Made by a program: the position numbers and the translations under genes
Notes under the pieces: generated by a model
The model's input: only the letters and a program-made list of their open reading frames with translations
What the model was told of the DNA's origin: nothing
The model's database searches: none
Shown here: piece after piece, positions 34,901 through 41,435 of the stretch
Layout of the letters: each line of letters starts with the position of its first letter
Numbering within the stretch: the first letter of the stretch is position 1
Assembly (NCBI GenBank): GCA_964494795.1
Contig: CAZBSV010000005.1
Span: 12,842 to 76,841 of the forward strand
Direction: 5' to 3'
DNA: 64,000 nucleotides
Source of the DNA: an uncultured Spirochaetales bacterium
GTDB taxonomy: Bacteria > Myxococcota_A > UBA9160 > SMWR01

Positions 34901-37558
34901 CGTTTCTACGCGCCCAATAAACCTCCGACGCACACGACCACGGTCATCGGGTCGACCTACGTTGAACGGCTCCACCGGGAGGACGGTCGAACGCTGCTCG
35001 GGAGCGTTACCAAGCCCGACCAGATGCTCCAGACGCTCGAGCGGCTCGCCCAAGCATCGCGTGAATTCGGTTCCGAAAAGCGAATCGATGCGATCGAATT
35101 GCTGGTTCCCGTCGGAGATCGCCGAGATCTCGAAGGCCTGCGCGACGAGATCGCATCCGCGCTCTCCGAGCGCTTGCATGCTGACCGCCTCAGCCTGACT
35201 GCACTCGTCGAAAACGACCGACCCGAGCACTTCAGTTTCGTGCAGACCGCTCGAGGTTGGGAGGTGATGAAAGAACTTTACGGTCTGCATCCAGAGACAG
35301 CCGGGCGCGTCGATCTCCACCGACTGAGAGCATTCGACTGCGAGCGCTTGGATTCTCCAGACGACATCTATTGCTTCCACCTGCGGTCGCGAGAAATTTC
35401 CGGTGACGAGCGGATCTTCGTACTCGCCGACTTTCGAGGTCGCTCTCCCGAGCACGGCCACGAGGCTACGCTGCATCTCGCATCGTTCGAGCGCGTGTTC
35501 TTCGACGCCGCGCGTACGTTGCGAAGCCACCTCGGCTTGCGGGATCCGAGTCGAAGACTGCAGTGGAACCGCATCGCGGTCTTCACTTCGCCGGCGATCT
35601 TCCTCGACGACCAGGTTGCCGCGCGCTTCGCGCGGCGCCTGGCGCCCGCCACGCGACATCTCGGCCTCGAGAAGGTGATCGCGCGGCTGAACGTACTCGA
35701 TCGCGCTCACCCGGAGAAGCGCGCCAGGCCGTTCGAGGTCGTGATCGCCGACCCAACCGGGAGCAACATGGAGCTCTCGTGGCGCGAACCGCATCTGGAT
35801 CCCCTGGAGCCGGCCCGGGATTACGAGCGAAAGGTCGTCGAGGCGCGCCGCCGCCGGCTCGTCTATCCCTATGAGATCATCCGTCTGCTGACCGGCGGAT
35901 CGTCGAACAACGGCGTCGCGAACCCGGAAGCCGCACCGGACTTGCCGCCCGGAAAATTCGAGGAGTTCGACCTGGCGCGCGACGCAGCCGCACCGACGGC
36001 GGCAAGCGTCGCGGGTCGCCCCTACGGGATGAATGCGAGTTCCGTCGTCTTCGGCGTGATCGAGACGCCGACGGAAAAAGTCCCGGAAGGCATGAAGCGT
36101 GTACTCGTTCTGTCGGACCCGACGATTGGAATGGGCGCGTTGGCGGCGCCGGAGTGCGATCGGATCATCGCGGCAATCGACCTCGCGGAGAGCATGAAGC
36201 TTCCGCTCGAATGGTTGCCGGTGTCGAGCGGCGCGCGGATCGCGATGGACAGCGGCACGGAAAATCTCGACGCGACGGCGAGAGTGGTGAGGCGCATCAT
36301 CACTTTCACGCAGTCGGCGGGTGTCATCCACATCATCGTCCAGGGCGTCAACGTCGGTGCGCAGAGCTATTTCGACGCGTTGGCGACGATGCTCCAGCAC
36401 ACTCGCGGCGTGCTGATCATGACCGCGTCGGCTTCGATGCTGCTCACGGGTCGGGCCGCTCTCGAAGCGGCGGGTGCGGTGTCGGCCGAAGACGACACCG
36501 CGATCGGCGGCTTCGAGCGGATCATGGGACCCAATGGTGAGGCCCAGTTCTACGCGCGCAATCTCGTGGACGCCTACCGGATCCTCTACGACCACTACCG
36601 CTTCACGTTCGTTCCGCCCGGCGAGGGCGCGCCCCGGCTGTTTGCGACCAGCGACCCGGAGACGCGCACGATCACCGAGTATCCCTGCGAGCCGGAAGAG
36701 GGACACGACTTCCGCAAGCTCGGCGAGATCTTCGATCGGGATTCGAATCTCGACCGCAAGCGCCCGTTTTCGATGCGCGCGCTGATGGCCGGCGTGATCG
36801 ATCAAGACGGCGGCCAGCTGGAGCGCTGGCGCGCCTGGCAGGGCGCGGAGATGGCGATCATCTGGGATGCGCATCTCGGCGGCTTTCCGGTCAGTCTGAT
36901 CGGCATCGAAAGCCGCAGCCTGGCGCGGGAAGGCTACAGCCCGACCGACGGCCCATCCGTGTGGAGCGGCGGCACCCTGTTTCCGCTCTCGTCGAAGAAG
37001 CTCGCGCGCGCGCTCAACGCGGCGAGCGGGAATCGACCGGTGGTTCTGCTCGCCAATCTATCGGGATTCGACGGGTCGCCCGAGTCGATGCGGAAATTGC
37101 AGCTCGAGCACGGCGCAGAAATCGCCCGGGCCGTGGTCAATTTCGCAGGCGCGATCGTCTTCCTCGTGGTGTCGCGATACCACGGCGGCGCTTACGTGGT
37201 CTTCTCGGGCAGCTTGAACGAGGGCCTGCGCGCCGCTGCGCTCACGGGTTCTTTCGCGTCGGTGATCGGTGGAGCGCCGGCGGCTGCGGTCGTATTCACC
37301 CGAGAAGTGCGAGCGCGCGCGGCGAAAGATCCGCGGATCGCAAAACTCCGACGGGAAACCGGAGCGAGCGGCCGCGACCGACTCGAAATTGCCTGGAAGG
37401 AAGTCCTGCTCGAGAAACAGGCCGAACTGGCGTCCGAATTCGATTCGATCCACAGCGTGGAGCGAGCTCTCGAAGTCGGCTCTCTCGAAGCGATCGTCGA
37501 CCCCGAGAACATGCGCAGTTACCTGATCGGAGAACTTCGAAAAGCAGCGGCGCGATGA
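31970..37558 (+). CDS. single-chain multidomain acyl-CoA carboxylase (biotin carboxylase - BCCP - carboxyltransferase), LCC-like
   Basis: In-frame TTG at 31970 (TTGA overlap with the PPTase stop). The first 186 codons of the track ORF look non-coding or shadow. BC: ILNRGEAAMRCIRS, KAAAGGGGRGIRMV, EVNPRLQVEHGITE. BCCP: LGLLEAMKSEIDF. CT: LSDPTIGMGALAAPE, LLANLSGFDGSPESM, SRYHGGAYVVFS. Confidence 0.85.
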   Translation: MSLATAIRRLAILNRGEAAMRCIRSVKALKALEGSDLESIAIYTDVDRDAPFVRHADHAIRLEAPNGAVAAYLDHDRLIDLLVRAGADAVWPGWGFVAEDPIFVDRVSALGIRFLGPSGDVMRALGDKIDAKRIAEDAGIPVVAWSGGALADENAAARCAAELGYPVAVKAAAGGGGRGIRMVESESELAAAFRSAAAEAKAAFGSDRLFIERKLSRGRHIEVQIAADAKGSAMSLGCRDCSVQRRHQKLIEEAPPPRLSQKLRDELEQAAVRLVEYVGYVGVGTVEFLVVDQAYSFLEVNPRLQVEHGITEELTGIDLVQLQIRIARGEPLPELRDSGGWVAIEARVCAEDPQADFLPTPGRIALFDPALGLRLRVDSGVSAGCRVPAEFDSLIAKIIATGETREEARARLVCALTDFELVVAGGASNKGYLIDILETPEYRRGEFDTQWLDRTPELRLGSDAHAVEALVAASILAYQRSRDAARQKFYADPATLSPTSIPPSTGQRIDLTAGAESYRLEVFAVGAWRYRVHLDGRVAVATLSDERENSAILELGGRNLRVLHDVSERGLRIEIEAHPYRFTSELAGQVRSGTPAVVIALQVAVGNPVKAGQSLGLLEAMKSEIDFRAPISGVVKEICVRSGQQVSAGELLLIIEAETREAFESPLQKRLMLTPEVDSLDLFFSDEVGGEIVVQNLKVVERADAAARRAAIDAARGEIRRILMGYDVNPARGMRLVALLECPLPEGLSAGFCSELAEIRHELSIFSDVEQLFVRAPHASETGVVGPSNHARLRAYMRRMATEGSGMPEAFLAILRRALVHYGINDLKACDSLERAVLRIVASQLSPDLRRRLVLEILKRIHALAESGVSLGGDERLRDSLSCISSLRGLVPDALADRAIEASYTIFEGPALERQAEQTTQEVESWLADAEFVPSQPPRAVLVHLANAPQNVFDRVGRWLADSNPLRRSVAVAAHISRFYAPNKPPTHTTTVIGSTYVERLHREDGRTLLGSVTKPDQMLQTLERLAQASREFGSEKRIDAIELLVPVGDRRDLEGLRDEIASALSERLHADRLSLTALVENDRPEHFSFVQTARGWEVMKELYGLHPETAGRVDLHRLRAFDCERLDSPDDIYCFHLRSREISGDERIFVLADFRGRSPEHGHEATLHLASFERVFFDAARTLRSHLGLRDPSRRLQWNRIAVFTSPAIFLDDQVAARFARRLAPATRHLGLEKVIARLNVLDRAHPEKRARPFEVVIADPTGSNMELSWREPHLDPLEPARDYERKVVEARRRRLVYPYEIIRLLTGGSSNNGVANPEAAPDLPPGKFEEFDLARDAAAPTAASVAGRPYGMNASSVVFGVIETPTEKVPEGMKRVLVLSDPTIGMGALAAPECDRIIAAIDLAESMKLPLEWLPVSSGARIAMDSGTENLDATARVVRRIITFTQSAGVIHIIVQGVNVGAQSYFDALATMLQHTRGVLIMTASASMLLTGRAALEAAGAVSAEDDTAIGGFERIMGPNGEAQFYARNLVDAYRILYDHYRFTFVPPGEGAPRLFATSDPETRTITEYPCEPEEGHDFRKLGEIFDRDSNLDRKRPFSMRALMAGVIDQDGGQLERWRAWQGAEMAIIWDAHLGGFPVSLIGIESRSLAREGYSPTDGPSVWSGGTLFPLSSKKLARALNAASGNRPVVLLANLSGFDGSPESMRKLQLEHGAEIARAVVNFAGAIVFLVVSRYHGGAYVVFSGSLNEGLRAAALTGSFASVIGGAPAAAVVFTREVRARAAKDPRIAKLRRETGASGRDRLEIAWKEVLLEKQAELASEFDSIHSVERALEVGSLEAIVDPENMRSYLIGELRKAAAR

Positions 37559-38256
37559 ACACGAGAGAGATCATCAGCGACCCGCGAAGGCCGTCCAGCA
37601 GCGGGCGAGAGGAAAAGAAGGCCGAAGTACGCCGCCGGATCCTCGAGGCCGCAAAGGAGATCTTCTTTCGGGACGGATTCATGGGCGCGAACCTCGACGA
37701 GATCGCAGAACTCGCGGGTGTCGCCAAGGGGACGCTCTACCGCTACTTCGACAACAAGGCGCAGATCTACCTCGCGGTTCTCTCGCGCAAAGCCCAGAGA
37801 TTCGAGAAGAAACTGCACGCCGCGCTCGACCCGAAGGCCACGCCGGCCGAGGCACTCGTTCGAGTGAGTCGTTTCTACTTTCAGCATTACGTCGAAAATC
37901 CGGACTATTTCCAGATCTTCTGGGCGATCGAGAACCAGGCCGTGATCGGCGACCTGCCGCCCGAACTCGTGGAAGAGGTGGTCCGACTCTGGGAAGAGGG
38001 CCTCGGGCTGTTGGCCGGGATCGTCGAAAGGGGCATTGCCGAGGGTGTGTTCGCCCCGTGTGACGCGTGGGAGGTTGCGAGCATCCTTTGGACGCTCGCG
38101 AATGCGATCATTCGAACCGAGCGCTCCTCCGCGCATCGGAGCCTGCGACGCAGCGCTCTGGATACGTTCTTCGACGATGCGATCGCGCTGGTGCTACGCG
38201 GCCTCGCCACGCCCGCGACTTGCGAGTCGCAAATGACGAACGCCCCGCGGGTTTGA
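37555..38256 (+). CDS. TetR family transcriptional regulator
   Basis: ATG at 37555 (ATGA overlap). The HTH is ILEAAKEIFFRDGFMGANLDEIAELAGVAKGTLYRYF. Confidence 0.88.
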   Translation: MNTREIISDPRRPSSSGREEKKAEVRRRILEAAKEIFFRDGFMGANLDEIAELAGVAKGTLYRYFDNKAQIYLAVLSRKAQRFEKKLHAALDPKATPAEALVRVSRFYFQHYVENPDYFQIFWAIENQAVIGDLPPELVEEVVRLWEEGLGLLAGIVERGIAEGVFAPCDAWEVASILWTLANAIIRTERSSAHRSLRRSALDTFFDDAIALVLRGLATPATCESQMTNAPRV

Positions 38257-38304
38257 GCGCGGGGCGTTCGGTCGATCCGAGGAGTAGGAAATCAGAGCGT
38301 CGTA

Positions 38305-38922
38305 TCAGCGCTTCGGGCGCATCCTGCGCCCAACCCCATACAGGCCACCCAGTCCCATACCGAGCAGGGAAAGCGTACTCGGCTCGGGCACGACCGCGAA
38401 GGCGCTGTTGAACGTGGTCGTTGGGGTGATGACATTGTAGAAACCATCCAATATGTCGTCCGTAGGAGCGAAGTCGCCCGAGGTGATCTGAAAGGATCCC
38501 GCGGTCGCGGTGTCGAGATGGAACACGACGGTCCCCAGCAAATAGCTCTGTCCGGCCAACAGACCGTCCGGACCAGGCGGAGCAAACACCGTAGCGTTGA
38601 TGTTTCTGATTTGGGTTCCGGTATCCGTGGTAGCTCCGAGTCCGAGCGGCAGAGGGCCTCCCTGGAAGCTCTGGAAGCTGACGACCGAAAAATCCGCAAC
38701 CAGCGCCGTGTAGTCGATACTCATACCGCCGCCCGCCGAACCATTCGCACCTGCTGTGAGGATCACGTTCAGCGTGATGTTGCTCGACGCAAGGGCAATG
38801 CTCGTGGTGTTTGTTCCAGAGGCCGCCCAGATCAAATCGATCGTTGCGCTCGCACTGGCCGCGCCGGCGAAGCCCGCCAGTGCGATGAGTCCACCAGCCA
38901 TACCGACCAAGAATTTCCGCAT
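38305..38922 (-). CDS. PEP-CTERM sorting-domain protein 1
   Basis: ATG at 38922 preceded by GAGGAGA. The signal peptide ends AGAASASA. The C-terminus is VPEPSTLSLLGMGLGGLYGVGRRMRPKR (PEP motif, TM, basic tail). Confidence 0.85.
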   Translation of the reverse strand: MRKFLVGMAGGLIALAGFAGAASASATIDLIWAASGTNTTSIALASSNITLNVILTAGANGSAGGGMSIDYTALVADFSVVSFQSFQGGPLPLGLGATTDTGTQIRNINATVFAPPGPDGLLAGQSYLLGTVVFHLDTATAGSFQITSGDFAPTDDILDGFYNVITPTTTFNSAFAVVPEPSTLSLLGMGLGGLYGVGRRMRPKR

Positions 38923-38997
38923 CTTCCTATCTCCTCGTTCCTCGTGTTCCACGACGTAAATCGTGCAAAGTGTTTCGAACCACACAGCGGTCTTCGA

Positions 38998-39384
38998 CTA
39001 CGGGCAGGCAGTCGTGCCCGTTGTCGTACCCGACGGGCCGGGGACGACGCCAAAATTCAGCGCAAAAAACGCATACTGCGCGAAGCCCACGGTGCAACCC
39101 GGGATCGTACCGGTGTGACATTTTTCCTGGTCGTTGGTGCCGAAGGCGAGGGCAAACTGACCGAAGTCGCTGAATCCAGGAACGCCATTGTTGTCGTAAT
39201 CCGCGTCGCAGCGGTTTCCGCACAGATCTCCGTCCGTGTCGTCCTGGGCCGAATTCAAGGCTGTTCTACAGTTGTCCTGAAAATCGTAGAGACCATCGCC
39301 GTCAGTGTCGGTCGGGGGGCCAGCCAACGCGGGCGCCCCCCAGAACAACAAGACCAAAGTGCTTGCAAGTAGCATGCGTTTCAT
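38998..39384 (-). CDS. small secreted Cys-rich protein with TSP3-type Ca-binding repeat and dockerin-like segment, paralog 1
   Basis: 128 aa. MKRMLLASTLVLLFWGAPALA / GPPTDTDGDGLYDFQDNC...DDTDGDLCGNRCDADYDNNGVPGFSDFGQF...PGPSGTTTGTTACP. Confidence 0.7.
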   Translation of the reverse strand: MKRMLLASTLVLLFWGAPALAGPPTDTDGDGLYDFQDNCRTALNSAQDDTDGDLCGNRCDADYDNNGVPGFSDFGQFALAFGTNDQEKCHTGTIPGCTVGFAQYAFFALNFGVVPGPSGTTTGTTACP

Positions 39385-39707
39385 GGGGGGGCTCTCCTCT
39401 TTATTCACGCCTAAGTGCGCGGCGTGCCTCTCTTGTTCGGCCGTTCGCAGAAGAGCCTTTAGGCATAATGTCACCCCAATCACGGAAGCCGGCTGAAAGA
39501 CACGGACGAGCCGGGGCTGAAAGACGAGATCCAGCAAAGGCGAAGAATTACAGCCACGCCGTGACGCGATCTCCACGCGTCAGAAGCGCGTATGTCGAAG
39601 GAGAGCGGAAACGCGCGCGCGTTAGATCCGAGGTCAGGTCGGACGTCAGAGGTCAAAGGTCAGGTCAGAGAAGAGGGCGCCGTGGAACGGGGCAAGCAGT
39701 GTGGCGC

Positions 39708-39839
39708 GGGAGAATGGTGGGAGAAGAAGGGAGAATGGCGGGAGAAGAAGACGGGGGACGCATCGGAGTGGAGGCGTCGACGGGAGAGAAGAGGAGTTCA
39801 GCGAGACGCAACTTGAATGCAAGACGCAACTTGAATGCA
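39708..39839. repeat. two adjacent tandem duplications (21 bp x2 and 18 bp x2) in a purine-rich spacer
   Basis: GGGAGAATGGTGGGAGAAGAA / GGGAGAATGGCGGGAGAAGAA at 39708-39749. AGACGCAACTTGAATGCA x2 at 39804-39839. Confidence 0.9.
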
Positions 39840-39870
39840 AAACGCCCCGGGTCGAAACCCGGGGCGTTTT
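39839..39870 (-). terminator. rho-independent-type terminator (bidirectional hairpin)
   Basis: AAAACGCCCCGGG-TCGAAA-CCCGGGGCGTTTT is a 13-bp stem flanked by A and T runs. It lies 35 nt downstream of PEP-CTERM gene 2. Confidence 0.8.
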
Positions 39871-39904
39871 GATCTGGTCGAGCGCTACGCTAGGAAAACT
39901 TGAT

Positions 39905-40528
39905 CTAGCTCCTGCGGCTGCGCCCTGCGAGCGCGACGCCACCCAGTGCCATCACGAGCAGGGAGATGGCTCCCGGCTCCGGGGCATTGATCAGGCTGGC
40001 GCTGTTCAGCGTAAGCGTCGCGTTCGATATGGTATCGCCAGCGAAGTTCAGAATGCCGTCATTAGGCCCCATGACCGGCCGGAACGTAAACGTGCCGTTT
40101 CCGAGCGCGCTCTTTCGGAACGTGATCGTTCCGAGCTGGGCGGTTCCGCCCGCGCCTTGTATGCCGGTGCCGACACCTAGGAAGCAGACGCAGACCGCGT
40201 TGAGGCCCACAATCTGCGATCCCGAGTCGGTCGGCAGTCCGAGAGTCGACGGGAACACATTTGATGGAATGTTCGGTGTGTTCGCGAATGAGACGACCGC
40301 CACCTTGCTCAGTGCGTTGCTGTAGTCGACGCTCACAACGCCGCCCGACGAGCCGCCCGCGCCCGTGGTGAGCCTCACGTTCAGGACGATTGTGCCCGAC
40401 AGCGGGACGTCTTGAATCGTGTTAGTGCCGTTGGCCCAAAGAAGGTCGATCGTGGCGCTCGCACTGGCTGCACCGGCAAACCCCACCAGTGCAACCAAGC
40501 CCACTGCTGCTGTAAAGAATTTCCGCAT
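39905..40528 (-). CDS. PEP-CTERM sorting-domain protein 2
   Basis: MRKFFTAAVGLVALVGFAGAASASATIDLLWA shares the N-terminal ATIDL(I/L)WA with protein 1. The C-terminus is APEPGAISLLVMALGGVALAGRSRRS. Confidence 0.85.
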   Translation of the reverse strand: MRKFFTAAVGLVALVGFAGAASASATIDLLWANGTNTIQDVPLSGTIVLNVRLTTGAGGSSGGVVSVDYSNALSKVAVVSFANTPNIPSNVFPSTLGLPTDSGSQIVGLNAVCVCFLGVGTGIQGAGGTAQLGTITFRKSALGNGTFTFRPVMGPNDGILNFAGDTISNATLTLNSASLINAPEPGAISLLVMALGGVALAGRSRRS

Positions 40529-40610
40529 TGTCCTGTCTCCTCGATTAACTCAGAGTGTTCTGATCAAGATCAGAGTGGTTTGATTGCAATGTTTCCCGAA
40601 GCTCCTACGG

Positions 40611-41012
40611 CTACAACGGGCAAGCCACCGTTCCCGGTGTTGTTCCAGACGGACCGGGCGCCTTGAGGTAGAGCTGACCGAATCTGCCGAAGTCGGAAAC
40701 ATTAACCGTGCAGCCGGGAACGACGTGGCCGATGGCGATGCAAAAGCTCTCCGCGCCCGTTTTGCCGTACTTTTGGCCGAACAAACCGAAATCCGTAACG
40801 TTCGTGTTGCCTAGTTGGTTAAAATCGGCGTCGCAGACGTTTCCGCACTTATCCGAGTCGCTGTCATCCTGAGCCGGATTCTTCGCAATTTTGCAGTTGT
40901 CGGCTATATCTACGATCCCGTCGCTGTCCGTGTCGGGTCCGGCGGTGCCCGCGAATGCGGGGCTTCCCCACAGCATGAACGCGAACATCGCTGCCAATAT
41001 CGTCAATCTCAT
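40611..41012 (-). CDS. small secreted Cys-rich TSP3/dockerin-like protein, paralog 2
   Basis: 133 aa. MRLTILAAMFAFMLWGSPAFA / GTAGPDTDSDGIVDIADNC..DDSDSDKCGNVCDADFNQLGNTNVTDFGLFGQKYG...VNVSDFGRFGQLYL..PGPSGTTPGTVACPL. Confidence 0.7.
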   Translation of the reverse strand: MRLTILAAMFAFMLWGSPAFAGTAGPDTDSDGIVDIADNCKIAKNPAQDDSDSDKCGNVCDADFNQLGNTNVTDFGLFGQKYGKTGAESFCIAIGHVVPGCTVNVSDFGRFGQLYLKAPGPSGTTPGTVACPL

Positions 41013-41129
41013 TTTAAGCTCCTTGTCGATGGCGCTGACCAGTTTCAGTTCTCAATTCCCAGTTCTTCTGACTTTCGACCGATTGCATTTCGCCAGGGGA
41101 CATTAAGCCCGAATTCGCTCCAGGTTGTC

Positions 41130-41145
41130 CAGTCAAAAATGACTG
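41130..41145. promoter_or_regulatory. perfect 16-bp palindrome CAGTCAAAAATGACTG in the conserved leader; candidate operator
   Basis: 6-4-6 palindrome about 125 nt upstream of the start at 41012. An identical copy lies at 55604-55619. Confidence 0.35.
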
Positions 41146-41201
41146 TTTGCCCAAAGAATTTCGCGAGCCCGATCAACCGATCAATCCGCAGATAGAAGAC
41201 G

Positions 41202-41250
41202 CTCCCATTTCTCCCATTTACTCGCTTTCTCGCTTTCTCGCTTTCTCGCG
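41202..41250. repeat. microsatellite-like repeats (9 bp x2, 8 bp x3.5)
   Basis: CTCCCATTT x2, then CTCGCTTT x3 plus CTCGCG. They sit exactly where similarity between duplication copies A and B ends. Confidence 0.9.
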
Positions 41251-41407
41251 ATCTCTGGCAGGGCCAACCAGAATCCCCTGCGCGCATCGCACTTGGGCCC
41301 GATTATGTGCAAACGCGATGCCACTGGCCAACTGAAAGGTAAGTCATTGATCTTAAAGGAAGTTTTATATCTGGCGAAGGAGCCGGGTGTGAACGCGCGT
41401 TCCTGAA

Positions 41408-41427
41408 TAGGGAAAAGCTTTTCCCTA
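41408..41427 (-). terminator. perfect 20-bp palindromic hairpin just downstream of the exosortase stop
   Basis: TAGGGAAAAGCTTTTCCCTA lies 9 nt after the stop codon at 41436. Confidence 0.6.
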
Positions 41428-41435
41428 GGGCTGCG

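Larger units (their letters stand above)
40598..41195. repeat. dispersed ~600-bp duplication, copy A (small-protein gene plus ~185-bp upstream leader); partner at 55047..55668
   Basis: By-eye alignment shows high identity through the CDS and through 41013-41195 versus 55488-55668. Confidence 0.85.

Noticed and set aside
34568-36874. 768-aa minus-strand ORF
   Set aside because: It is antisense to the carboxyltransferase part of the giant carboxylase gene and has shadow-ORF composition.
39363-39872. 169-aa plus-strand ORF (G/E/R-rich) in the inter-cassette spacer
   Set aside because: The translation is low-complexity and driven by purine-rich tandem repeats. There is no ribosome-binding site or signal, and it runs through a strong terminator hairpin.
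40598-41195. Insertion sequence or mobile element explaining the duplicated 600-bp segments
   Set aside because: No transposase, terminal inverted repeats or target-site duplication could be seen. The duplicated unit is a gene plus its leader, which fits gene-family duplication better.
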